The translations under genes and the position numbers were made by a program. From assembly GCA_964488085.1 (NCBI GenBank), contig CAZATK010000002.1:1-44880 (forward strand): 44,880 nt of DNA, in the 5' to 3' direction. This stretch comes from an uncultured Candidatus Saccharibacteria bacterium. GTDB lineage: Bacteria > Patescibacteriota > Minisyncoccia > UBA6257 > UBA11618. Positions 27,481 to 35,958 of the stretch are shown piece after piece. The notes under the pieces were generated by a model, which did no database searches, was not told where the DNA came from, and was given only the letters and a program-made list of their open reading frames with translations. Positions within the stretch are counted from its first letter, which is position 1, and each line of letters starts with the position of its first letter.

Positions 27481-28050
27481 TTATAATATTTTTTCTACTT
27501 CTTGCCAATTTACTAAATTCCACCAATTTTCCACATATTCCGAACGACGATTTTGATATTTAAGATAATAAGCATGCTCCCAAATATCTAATCCCAATAA
27601 TGGCTTTTTTCCCATTGAGATGGGAGTGTCTTGGTTGGGCGTAGCCATAACAGTCAGCGAACCATCACTATTTTTAATAATCCACACCCAACCGCTACCA
27701 AAAAAACTGATAGCTATTTTGTTAAATTCCTCTTTTAAATTTACAATACTAGGAATCGGCGTACCATTTTTTCCAGCGGGAGCAAGCGTGTTCCAAAAAA
27801 AAGAATGATTATAGTGACCTCCGCCATGGTTACGAACAGCCGAACGAACTTCTTCGGGTACTAAATCCAAATTACTCAATAATTCTTCTAATGTTTTACT
27901 TTCTAATTGTGGAGCTTTGGTTAATGCTTCGTTTAATTTATTAACGTAAGTTGAGTGATGTTTGGTGTGGTGAATTTCCATCGTTTGAGCGTCTATAAAC
28001 GGCTCAAGGGCATTGTAAGAATAAGGCAACGCGGGCAATTCATACCTCAT
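27481..28050 (-). CDS. sodA: Fe/Mn superoxide dismutase
   Basis: [28 protein letters not shown] and DIWEHAYYL. Confidence 0.93.
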   Translation of the reverse strand: MRYELPALPYSYNALEPFIDAQTMEIHHTKHHSTYVNKLNEALTKAPQLESKTLEELLSNLDLVPEEVRSAVRNHGGGHYNHSFFWNTLAPAGKNGTPIPSIVNLKEEFNKIAISFFGSGWVWIIKNSDGSLTVMATPNQDTPISMGKKPLLGLDIWEHAYYLKYQNRRSEYVENWWNLVNWQEVEKIL

Positions 28051-28529
28051 TATTGTTTCTTATATTCCAATATAATTTGTTGATTATCCGCAAGAATTAA
28101 GTCCCCCCACTCTTCATTGGGTATATTATTAACAATCATTTTTAGATTGTAACCATCTTTATTTAATTTTTCTCCCCATATATCAAAAAATGTTTTTAGC
28201 ATAAACTGTTTACCTATTTCCGCGGTTTCTATATGAATTTTTCCAGTATTATCGTGAATATGAATTTCCGCCATGCAATTTTTTAATATGCCAACATTTG
28301 CCGGGATTTCCATTTTAGTTCCATCAACTGATATTGTTAAATCCGAATGGATATGTTGGGCTAGATTAGCATGTTCGTTTTGTAAGCATTCTACATTAGA
28401 AGCGGACCATTTTTTTATCATTTCTTTATTAGGATCATTTATTTTTGGCCAAATAAAAAGGACTCCGAGGATTATTATTAGGATTCCGAAACATAGATAA
28501 ATTTTAAGTTTTGATTTGTTATAATTCAT
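28050..28529 (-). CDS. membrane-anchored protein with paired HxH motifs
   Basis: 159 aa with an N-terminal TM helix. [12 protein letters not shown] and [12 protein letters not shown]. The stop overlaps the sod start by 1 nt. Confidence 0.65.
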   Translation of the reverse strand: MNYNKSKLKIYLCFGILIIILGVLFIWPKINDPNKEMIKKWSASNVECLQNEHANLAQHIHSDLTISVDGTKMEIPANVGILKNCMAEIHIHDNTGKIHIETAEIGKQFMLKTFFDIWGEKLNKDGYNLKMIVNNIPNEEWGDLILADNQQIILEYKKQ

Positions 28530-28544
28530 CTTTTTAAGTATAAT
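28516..28544 (+). promoter_or_regulatory. sigma70-type promoter TTGTTA-17 nt-TATAAT upstream of tRNA-Gln(CUG)
   Basis: -35 at 28516-28521, -10 at 28539-28544, about 24 nt before the tRNA 5' end. Confidence 0.55.
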
Positions 28545-28567
28545 GTTGTATTCTTAAAAAGACAACT

Positions 28568-28638
28568 TGCCGGATCGTCTAACGGTAGGACAGTGGACTC
28601 TGAATCCACTAATCTTGGTTCGATTCCAAGTCCGGCAG
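28568..28638 (+). tRNA. tRNA-Gln (anticodon CUG)
   Basis: Same acceptor, D and T arms as the 16885 copy. Anticodon arm gtgga-CTCTGAA-tccac. Confidence 0.9.
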
Positions 28639-28640
28639 CA

Positions 28641-29363
28641 ATGGAAATAATTATAAAATTATTGAAATTAGTTAGGCAAAAGCCAGCATATTTTGAGGAT
28701 GATCTGCTCACTTATCATTTATGTGAATTTTTGCGTGAAGATCGTTTTAAAAAGAGCTTAGACATAGCGGAAAAAGAAGGACATTTTTATTTGGGAATGC
28801 CGGCAAATTGGCGTAAACATGTAGCATGTTGGGCGGCGGATATTGGAAAAAAATTAGACGGTGATTTTGTGGAATGTGGTGTGGCTTACGCCTCAACGAG
28901 TCGTGTGGTTATGGAATATATTGATTTTAAGAATCTAAATAAGAAGTTTTATCTTATAGATACTTATGAAGGATTAGATGAACGGTATCTTTCTCTCAAG
29001 GACAAGTTTCGTAATCAGTCTTATAAAAAAATATATACTCCAAATATGTATGAGTTTGTTGAAAAAGCATTTAAAGTATTTTCTAATGTTATTATCATAA
29101 AAGGTGTAGTACCAGAAGTATTAGAGCAAGTGAGGCCAGAAAAAGTGGCTTATTTACACATTGATATGAATTGTGTGATTCCGGAAATAGCTGCTGCCGA
29201 GTATTTTTGGAATAAAATGACAAGCGGGGCGATTGTGCTTTTAGATGATTATGGACACAAGGGCTACGAAGAACAACATGACGCATTTGATAAATTTGCA
29301 AAAGAAAAAGGAGTGCCTATTTTGTGTTTGCCAACGGGTCAGGGAATAATAATAAAACCCTAA
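28641..29363 (+). CDS. TylF/MycF-family class I SAM-dependent methyltransferase
   Basis: GDFVECGVAYASTS and LHIDMNCVIPE...GAIVLLDDYG. Start set at MEIIIK because the ORF-track N-terminus is tRNA sequence. Confidence 0.75.
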   Translation: MEIIIKLLKLVRQKPAYFEDDLLTYHLCEFLREDRFKKSLDIAEKEGHFYLGMPANWRKHVACWAADIGKKLDGDFVECGVAYASTSRVVMEYIDFKNLNKKFYLIDTYEGLDERYLSLKDKFRNQSYKKIYTPNMYEFVEKAFKVFSNVIIIKGVVPEVLEQVRPEKVAYLHIDMNCVIPEIAAAEYFWNKMTSGAIVLLDDYGHKGYEEQHDAFDKFAKEKGVPILCLPTGQGIIIKP

Positions 29364-30367
29364 AGGCCTCTCTTTAGTGTTTCAAGGCGTTCTTTGTTTA
29401 TTCTTAAAATACTTTCGTTTTCTTGAAGACCCTTCAACATCTTATTGTATTCTTCTGTTGTGGGATTACGTGATTTTCCATAAAATAATACATATTCGGT
29501 GCTATGCTTGAGAAGATTCTCAAGAGCCATAACATAACCCTCGCGTAAATATAACTCTTCCGATTTGAATTTTTTTATATTTTCATTATTACTAAAAAAT
29601 TCTTTAAAAAGAAGAACAATTTGGGAAGAATCACGAAAATTTTGCCATAACACATTTAAATACTCTTCGTTATATTTTTTTGGATTTGTTTCATATTTCT
29701 CACGATCAAGATTAAATTGTTCAAAAGCTCGTTTTAATGTCTCAATATCTTCCAACTGAAATAATTTCCCTCCCGCGTCATTAACGGGACACTCTATGCC
29801 ATTTATTAGATTTTTTATTCTTTCTAAATCTGATAGGGTAAACAATCTTCCGGACATATCCGGAATTTCTATTCCCTTCATGCTCTGGTCAAGAAATTTA
29901 ACTGAATAATCTTGTGATTTATGAATAATTCCAAGAGGGAAAATTATGCTAAATAATATTTTTCGTCCCAATGACCCTGTTCCTCTTATGTTGCCTGTTT
30001 CAATAAGTTCTTTTATGCGAGCTAATGCCAATTTTTGATCTTGATTAAGATTTTGTTTTTTAGCTAGGGCATTCCCCGCATATTCTAAATACTTTAGAAA
30101 ATTATAACGAAAAACAGAGTCATTTTTAAATTCATTATCTAGACTCAAAAATAATTGTCTAACTAAATATTTAGATTTTGGATCATTAGGATCCAAAATA
30201 AAACCGCCGGTATAACCGGTTAAAGTTAAATCTCGCAATCTGGATAAAAGTAAAATTTCTTCCGGTTGCGATGCTTGCCCTGAGTCGCGTCGAAGGGCTT
30301 GTCCCAGTCCGGTTTGTGAAAATAAAAGCGTACCAATAACTAACGGTATTATAAAAAACCTCAGCAC
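29360..30367 (-). CDS. hypothetical secreted protein
   Basis: 335 aa with an N-terminal signal-like helix. No motif recognised. Confidence 0.65.
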   Translation of the reverse strand: MLRFFIIPLVIGTLLFSQTGLGQALRRDSGQASQPEEILLLSRLRDLTLTGYTGGFILDPNDPKSKYLVRQLFLSLDNEFKNDSVFRYNFLKYLEYAGNALAKKQNLNQDQKLALARIKELIETGNIRGTGSLGRKILFSIIFPLGIIHKSQDYSVKFLDQSMKGIEIPDMSGRLFTLSDLERIKNLINGIECPVNDAGGKLFQLEDIETLKRAFEQFNLDREKYETNPKKYNEEYLNVLWQNFRDSSQIVLLFKEFFSNNENIKKFKSEELYLREGYVMALENLLKHSTEYVLFYGKSRNPTTEEYNKMLKGLQENESILRINKERLETLKRGL

Positions 30368-31347
30368 TTCTTAAGTATAACATCTTCATCATCGTTAAAT
30401 ATTTTTATATTTTTTTTATTAATATCGCATATAACCGTAGCAAATGTCTTCCTAGAATCATTTTTGATGAACGGTCTTTTAAATTTAGTAGTTAAAGTTT
30501 TAATCACTTGTTCTTGATAGTCATTTTTGTTTAATAAGCTTGCGCATATCGCTAATCTCGCCTTGCTTGTGCCAAAGTTTTCTTTATTAGTATATTTTTT
30601 AGAAAATTTATTATGAATGTGGTGATTAGTGTGGTAAAAAAAATTATTTATTTTTTTTACGCTAGTTGTTTTGCCGGATTTTTCTATGGACACCGCTTTT
30701 TTATTTAAAGTGTCGGCCAATAGATAATGAAATCCGGAACAATTCCTATTTTTTTTAAGAAACTGAATGGCGTTTTTTAAACTAGCCTGTTCTATCAACA
30801 GGGCTGATTCAAAATATCTGGGTAAATAAGATAGATTATCGCAATTAAATGGAACGATTGTATCCACACAACAAAAGATTCCGGCCATATTCCATGAAAA
30901 TGCATTGTTAGGTAATTCTCCTATTAATACAAATGAATTGTATCGTAAGCCGTTTTTTAAATTAAATTGAATAAGAGCAAAATTTTCATTTATTAAAGAA
31001 TCATCCTCGTCTTCGTTATGGGCAACAAAAAAATCTTTTTTATTTTTTATTAATACTGTAGTGCATCCGCCTGAAGAATTAGTTATTTCAGGGAAATTTC
31101 TTAAAAATATAAAATTATAATTAACTTTTGCGCCCATGGCTATGCCCCGCAGTTCTTCCAGTAAATAGGGCGCTTTTTTTTGAATAAACTTTTGAGTTTT
31201 TTCAATTTGCAATCTCTTTTTATTAAGAACCGTTTCAAATATTTTACGGTTTTTTTGTAAAAGTTGTTTAATTATTTTCCTTCCAAAACTGCCTATTTGG
31301 TATCCAACATCAAAATAACTGCCAGTTACGGTCAGTTCTCTAATCAT
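30361..31347 (-). CDS. peptidase C45 / Ntn-hydrolase family protein
   Basis: SSGGCTTVLIKNKKDFFVAHNEDED (nucleophile Cys plus HNED). Start set at MIRELTV. Confidence 0.7.
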   Translation of the reverse strand: MIRELTVTGSYFDVGYQIGSFGRKIIKQLLQKNRKIFETVLNKKRLQIEKTQKFIQKKAPYLLEELRGIAMGAKVNYNFIFLRNFPEITNSSGGCTTVLIKNKKDFFVAHNEDEDDSLINENFALIQFNLKNGLRYNSFVLIGELPNNAFSWNMAGIFCCVDTIVPFNCDNLSYLPRYFESALLIEQASLKNAIQFLKKNRNCSGFHYLLADTLNKKAVSIEKSGKTTSVKKINNFFYHTNHHIHNKFSKKYTNKENFGTSKARLAICASLLNKNDYQEQVIKTLTTKFKRPFIKNDSRKTFATVICDINKKNIKIFNDDEDVILKKC

Positions 31348-31428
31348 TATATTTTCTAGCGAGCCCACGCGAAAATTTATTTTCGTGATGGGCGAGCGAC
31401 GGAAATTCAAGAAATGTCATAGCATTTC

Positions 31429-32337
31429 TTATATTTTCAAATATTTTCTTATAGCAAAATTACTGGAAATAATTCCTAAACCAATGCCGAATAAAAGCTG
31501 ATATCCAAATAATTTAAAAATATTATCAAACAGATATATTCTTAAATCTAAATTAGTAAGAAAAAATTTTAAATATGGCGATGCCCAATAAGCAATCGGC
31601 CAAAATATTAACATGCTGATTACAGCTGCTAATACCCCATAAATTATTCCCTCAACTATATATGGGCCTGTAATAAAATAATTGGGTGCTCCCACCAAAC
31701 GCATAATCCCAATCTCTTCTCGGTTGGAGTAAATTGCCAAACTAACCGTGTTGAATGTTACAAGAATTGCGGAGATAGACAATAATATTGTTAGAATTAA
31801 TCCTAATTTATTACCAATGTCCACTATTTTTCCCAGTCTTTCAATAACTACTTTATTTTGAGTATAAGTAACCTTTTCTATTAGTGGGCGCCATTCGTTG
31901 TTATCTAATTTGGAAGCAATGACGGAATAAAAGGTCGGGTCTTTGGCTTTAATATTTATTAATGAAGATAAGGGATTTTCGTCTAATTCTTCCAGCGCTT
32001 GAATTATCGTCGGGTCATTTTTATGTTTTTCTTTGAATATTTCTAACGCTTTTTCTTTAGAAATATATTCCGCCTTATCCACTTCGGACAATTCTTCTAT
32101 GGTCTTTTTTATTTTCAGAATTTCTGCTTCGGGGGTCGCTATTTTAAAATAAACAGAAATATCAATTTTATCTTTAAGAATTTCTAGGCCGGTTTTCGTT
32201 ATAACGCTAAAAACAATCAGCATTTCAAAAACTATAAGAGCAAGCACGATAATAAACAATGTGGCCAAAGAAAGCCATTTGTTTCTCCAAAAATGTTGCC
32301 ATCCGTATTTAACTAATCTTAACAGTGAATTTAGCAT
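31429..32337 (-). CDS. ftsX: cell-division permease FtsX
   Basis: Four-TM topology with a large first periplasmic loop. Immediately follows ftsE (1-nt overlap). Confidence 0.88.
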   Translation of the reverse strand: MLNSLLRLVKYGWQHFWRNKWLSLATLFIIVLALIVFEMLIVFSVITKTGLEILKDKIDISVYFKIATPEAEILKIKKTIEELSEVDKAEYISKEKALEIFKEKHKNDPTIIQALEELDENPLSSLINIKAKDPTFYSVIASKLDNNEWRPLIEKVTYTQNKVVIERLGKIVDIGNKLGLILTILLSISAILVTFNTVSLAIYSNREEIGIMRLVGAPNYFITGPYIVEGIIYGVLAAVISMLIFWPIAYWASPYLKFFLTNLDLRIYLFDNIFKLFGYQLLFGIGLGIISSNFAIRKYLKI

Positions 32338-33026
32338 TACAATATATATCTCCCATTTTTTTCATCGCGAATAATTTTTCCATTTTCCATACTGATAACC
32401 CTTTTGCCTAAAGCGTTAATAATGTCTTTGCTGTGAGTTGCGAGAATAATTGTTGTTCCTAGCTCATTAATTTTTAATAATAATTTTATAATTTCCCAAG
32501 TATTCATTGGATCTAAATTTCCCGTTGGCTCATCAGCGACTATTACCGCCGGCCGATTTATCATGGCTCGGGCAATAGCCACTCTTTGTTTTTCTCCACC
32601 GGATAATTCATGGGGAAAATTGTGAGTTTTATCTATTAAGCCAACCATATCCAATATTTGAGGCACTGTTTCTTTAATTTCTGTTTGGCGCCTTCCTTCC
32701 ACCTCCATAGCAAAGGCAATATTTTCATAGGCATTTTTGCCTTGTAAAAGTCGGAAGTCCTGAAATATTACGCCTACTTGACGGCGCAGTTGAGGCAGTT
32801 CTCTTGGTTTGAGTTTATTTACTTCTTGGCTTCCCAATATAATTCTGCCCTTGGTCGGTTTTTCTTCTCCTATCAGTAATTTTATAAGGGTTGATTTGCC
32901 AGCTCCTGATTTTCCTACCAAAGCAACAAACTCCTTGTGTTCAATTTTTAAATTGACATCTTCAAGCGCTACGGCTTTATTTCCATTGCTATTATATATT
33001 TTAGAAACATTAACAAACTGAATCAT
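32337..33026 (-). CDS. ftsE: cell-division ATP-binding protein FtsE
   Basis: [17 protein letters not shown] and [12 protein letters not shown]. Confidence 0.92.
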   Translation of the reverse strand: MIQFVNVSKIYNSNGNKAVALEDVNLKIEHKEFVALVGKSGAGKSTLIKLLIGEEKPTKGRIILGSQEVNKLKPRELPQLRRQVGVIFQDFRLLQGKNAYENIAFAMEVEGRRQTEIKETVPQILDMVGLIDKTHNFPHELSGGEKQRVAIARAMINRPAVIVADEPTGNLDPMNTWEIIKLLLKINELGTTIILATHSKDIINALGKRVISMENGKIIRDEKNGRYIL

Positions 33027-33045
33027 TTTTTAGTGTATAACACTA

Positions 33046-33765
33046 CTATTCTAGCTCTGCTGATATAAACTTATCAAGTTCGCCGTCAAGCACCGCGTCG
33101 GGATTATGATGTTCAACTTTAGTCCGATGGTCTTTAACTAATTGGTAAGGATGGAGCACATAAGATCTTATTTGATTGCCCCATTCGGGAGTTACTTTTG
33201 TTTTTAAATTACTTAATTCTTTTTCTTGCCTTTGTTCCATTAATTGAAATAATTTCGCTTTCAGAGCCTTGAGAGCTCTTTCTTTATTTTGTACTTGCGA
33301 GCGTTCCACTTGGGAAGCAGCGCTAATGCCGGTGGGTAAATGCACAATGCGGACAGCCGTTTCTCTTTTATTAACATTTTGTCCGCCGGGTCCGCTAGAG
33401 CGGGACATTTCCACTTTTAAATCTTCTGGGGGTATTTGCAAATTTCGTTCATCCATCTCCGGCAGTTCCGGCACTATTTCTACGAGTGCAAACGAAGTAT
33501 GCCTTAGTTTTTTTGCGGAGAACGGAGAGATTCTTACTAGTCGGTGCACGCCGGTTTCTTTTTTTAAATTTCCATAAACATACTCCCCCTTTATTTCCAT
33601 TACCCTATCGTCGGTAATAATAATTTTCCACCCTCTTTTTTGGGCATATTTAATATACATATTAAATAGCATATTGGCCCAATCTTTAGCGTCATCTCCG
33701 CCGGCGCCGGCGTAAACAGTAAGATGGGCATTATTCTTGTCGTATTTTCCAGTTAATGGTTGCAT
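33046..33765 (-). CDS. prfB: peptide chain release factor 2 lacking N-terminal domain 1
   Basis: SPF (RISPFS) and GGQ (SGPGGQNVNK) motifs. Alignment by eye to E. coli RF2 starts near its residue 115. An in-frame TAG lies 10 codons (27 nt of open frame) upstream of the ATG. Confidence 0.85.
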   Translation of the reverse strand: MQPLTGKYDKNNAHLTVYAGAGGDDAKDWANMLFNMYIKYAQKRGWKIIITDDRVMEIKGEYVYGNLKKETGVHRLVRISPFSAKKLRHTSFALVEIVPELPEMDERNLQIPPEDLKVEMSRSSGPGGQNVNKRETAVRIVHLPTGISAASQVERSQVQNKERALKALKAKLFQLMEQRQEKELSNLKTKVTPEWGNQIRSYVLHPYQLVKDHRTKVEHHNPDAVLDGELDKFISAELE

Positions 33766-33833
33766 AAATTTTGCCTGCCCGCCGTAGGTCGCCTAAGGCG
33801 ACCGAAGGAAGGAACTACGTCGGTGTAATTATA
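33766..33833 (-). promoter_or_regulatory. prfB promoter (TGGTATAAT) and structured leader
   Basis: Extended -10 at plus 33828-33836. The leader helix ccgacgtag/ctacggcgg encloses the hairpin GGTCGCC-TTA-GGCGACC (33787-33803) and a UUCCUUCC tract. Confidence 0.5.
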
Positions 33834-33911
33834 CCAACAAACAACTTCCCCTATTAAGTCTAGTTCGCAATTAAAAGAATAATATATGCTGTGTGAAAGT
33901 CAGTCTGAATA

Positions 33912-34775
33912 TTACTCAAAAACACACTTATTTTGCCGACACGCAGGACGAGCACTTTGAAGTCGTCTATCTTCTGAAGAAAGGGAAGGGCATCCACCTA
34001 GCATACTTCTTTGTTTCTTTAGTTGCATTTGTTGGAATTCGTTTTCACGATATCTATTGATGAGAGTCTTAACGGAACATCTTGATTCCAGTACGTGACA
34101 ATCAGAATCTTGTTCACAATACTTATCCTCGGTAAGATATCGATGATTGGGGGCAGAAGCAGGATGCAGGCTAGCAAGAATTTTTTCAAATTCTTCATTG
34201 AGCGCTTCAATATAGAAATGTCCCGCGCAGACATTTTCTCGGTCAAAATTAGTGACGGTAAAAGCATGCCTACCAAATGTCTTGCCATACGGATCGGTGA
34301 TAGTTTGTCCGTCAGAACTTTCAAACGAAAATTGGTAATTCTCATTTATACCAGGTCTTTGCTCATAACCGCAAGGAATAAAAGCATTCTGCTCAACAGC
34401 AAAGAATCCATTACTTAAAAACTCCACAAACTGTGACAATTGCCGTTCATTCAATTGCCCCATCTTTGGAACTGTGGGCTCAGGGCCAAAGTATCGTACT
34501 GCTCCATCGCCCTTAATGTACAAGATGTAATCTTTACGATTGACCAACCTGCCATCCGTAGCAGTTGTGGCAATGGTATGTTGACGAGTGATAAAAATAG
34601 ATGGTGAATATTGCAATGTCTGTGAGGGAACTGGACCGAAACGTGGAGGCATCTCTCCGTTTTGATAGGGAATTGGATTAAATACTGGAAGAGAAGTTTG
34701 TTGCCATATGACAAGAAAAATAATAGTTATGCTGATTAAAGAAAAGAGAGAAATTAGTAGCCACTTTCGTTTCAT
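33912..34775 (-). CDS. hypothetical secreted protein with Cys-rich C-terminus
   Basis: 287 aa with a signal anchor. TGTTAAAAT ends 6 nt before the ATG, consistent with a leaderless mRNA. GC higher than the housekeeping neighbours. Confidence 0.7.
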   Translation of the reverse strand: MKRKWLLISLFSLISITIIFLVIWQQTSLPVFNPIPYQNGEMPPRFGPVPSQTLQYSPSIFITRQHTIATTATDGRLVNRKDYILYIKGDGAVRYFGPEPTVPKMGQLNERQLSQFVEFLSNGFFAVEQNAFIPCGYEQRPGINENYQFSFESSDGQTITDPYGKTFGRHAFTVTNFDRENVCAGHFYIEALNEEFEKILASLHPASAPNHRYLTEDKYCEQDSDCHVLESRCSVKTLINRYRENEFQQMQLKKQRSMLGGCPSLSSEDRRLQSARPACRQNKCVFE

Positions 34776-34870
34776 GTTTTTATTTTAACATACTTTCGTA
34801 GTAGTTTAAAGGCATGTTGGAGCGGACCACCTACTGACGATCCTCTCTCAAAATTGCCAAAGCAATTTTG

Positions 34871-34942
34871 AGCCAGCGGTCGGATTTGAACCGACGGTCT
34901 TTCCCTTACGAAGGGACTGCTTTACCACTAAGCTACGCTGGC
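34871..34942 (-). tRNA. tRNA-Thr (anticodon CGU)
   Basis: Reverse complement: GCCAGCG-TA-GCTT-AGTGGTA-AAGC-A-GTCCC-TTCGTAA-GGGAA-AGACC-GTCGG-TTCAAAT-CCGAC-CGCTGGC-T. An 11-bp hairpin follows at 34846-34871. Confidence 0.88.
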
Positions 34943-34972
34943 AAAATTTATATAATATCGGACATTGTTCTG

Positions 34973-35028
34973 CCCGCCTCGACTCGCCTTGCTCGTCAAG
35001 GCGAGGCGGGCCACTGAACTACGTCGGC
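34973..35028 (-). repeat. tRNA 5'-half-like fragment fused to a GC-rich hairpin
   Basis: Minus strand reads GCCGACG-TA-GTTC-AGTGG, then hairpin cccgcc..tcgccttg-acgag-caaggcga..ggcggg, then CA-GAAC. No anticodon or T arm follows. Confidence 0.5.
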
Positions 35029-35077
35029 GTGGTTAGAAATCTAACAAATTTTTGACTAATTAACAATCTTTTGTAAT

Positions 35078-35115
35078 AAACACAATCTTTTGACGATCGT
35101 CAAAAGATTGTGTTT
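35078..35115. repeat. perfect 38-nt palindrome centred on CGATCG
   Basis: aaacacaatcttttgacga|tcgtcaaaagattgtgttt. Confidence 0.85.
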
Positions 35116-35133
35116 GGAATAATAACAATAATA

Positions 35134-35158
35134 AAAAGCCCCCGTGTTTATTGGGGGA
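35134..35158 (-). terminator. rho-independent terminator of the HAD gene
   Basis: Minus strand: ccccc-aataaacac-ggggg followed by CTTTTT. Confidence 0.6.
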
Positions 35159-35162
35159 TGAT

Positions 35163-35744
35163 TTATCGTGTGGGGAGCGTTGTCGGATCGATTCCCCGCG
35201 CTTCTAACATAAGATTAGCAAAATCACGCAAGGCGCCATTGCCACCTGATCGTGGCGTCACGTAGTGAGCTAGTTGTTTAACAACCTCTTCTGCTTGAGC
35301 TGGGGCAATTCGTAAGGCCGCTTTTTTCAAAAGCGGTAATTGAACTAAATCGTGTCCTATTACTGCGCAATCAGCGAAGGTTAAATAAAGTCTATTAAGC
35401 CATTCTTCAACCGGAGCTATTTGCTCTATACCAACTACACCATCAATAATTTCGACGGCTGGCCATCCTCCTTCGCCTGTTTGTTTAGAGGCAGAAGGAA
35501 GATTATTCCATCTTTTTACAAGATTAACGATGGAATCGGTTGGCTTCAAGACTTCGCTATTTACGAAAGCAATGGGAATGCCGATAGCCCGAAGTAATGA
35601 AATGCCTTGACCATCATAGTGGCTACGCGTCATGGCCATAAATGGCTTGCCATCCAGATCGCCAATTATGTCCTGATTATTATTAAGGACACCGCTGACG
35701 CTAGAAACAAGAGCTTTGATTGATGCGAATCTTTTGTGGGACAT
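35163..35744 (-). CDS. KdsC-like HAD-superfamily phosphatase, motif IV degenerate
   Basis: GDLDGKPF (DxD), and a C-terminus, GGNGALRDFANLMLEARG, like KdsC GGRGAVREVCDLLLLAQG. It has GHDLVQ where KdsC has GDDLID. Confidence 0.6.
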   Translation of the reverse strand: MSHKRFASIKALVSSVSGVLNNNQDIIGDLDGKPFMAMTRSHYDGQGISLLRAIGIPIAFVNSEVLKPTDSIVNLVKRWNNLPSASKQTGEGGWPAVEIIDGVVGIEQIAPVEEWLNRLYLTFADCAVIGHDLVQLPLLKKAALRIAPAQAEEVVKQLAHYVTPRSGGNGALRDFANLMLEARGIDPTTLPTR

Positions 35745-35854
35745 AGAGACCTTTCAATATTGATGTCAAAGTTCTGCGGAAACATTACTGTTTCTTTATA
35801 TATTAAAATTATTAGAAGTTCAACTTTACCCCCATACCAATTGATGTGGTTTTG

Positions 35855-35925
35855 AGCGAGTGAAGGGGATCGAACCCTCGTCTATAGCTTGGGAAGCTAT
35901 TGTACTGCCACTGTACTACACTCGC
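35855..35925 (-). tRNA. tRNA-Gly (anticodon CCC)
   Basis: Reverse complement: GCGAGTG-TA-GTAC-AGTGGCA-GTAC-A-ATAGC-TTCCCAA-GCTAT-AGAC-GAGGG-TTCGATC-CCCTT-CACTCGC-T. Confidence 0.9.
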
Positions 35926-35958
35926 ATGCTTCTAACAGTTGGTATGGGGGCTTGGGAA

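Noticed and set aside
33787-33823. Glycine-riboswitch-like ACCGAAGGAAGGAA on the plus strand
   Set aside because: It only partly resembles the ACCGAAGGAGCAA core, no second aptamer or P1 is present, and no plus-strand gene lies downstream. The same bases are better explained as the prfB leader on the minus strand.
33766-33911. Programmed +1 frameshift site or upstream exon for prfB
   Set aside because: No CTT TGA C-type site is present. The frame is closed by a TAG 10 codons upstream of the ATG, and the short gap is occupied by a promoter and hairpins.
34019-34714. ORFs at 34019-34345 (-), 34095-34418 (+) and 34451-34714 (-)
   Set aside because: All are nested within the 287-aa ORF 33912-34775. 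That ORF has a signal peptide and a properly placed promoter, and the nested ORFs lack start signals.
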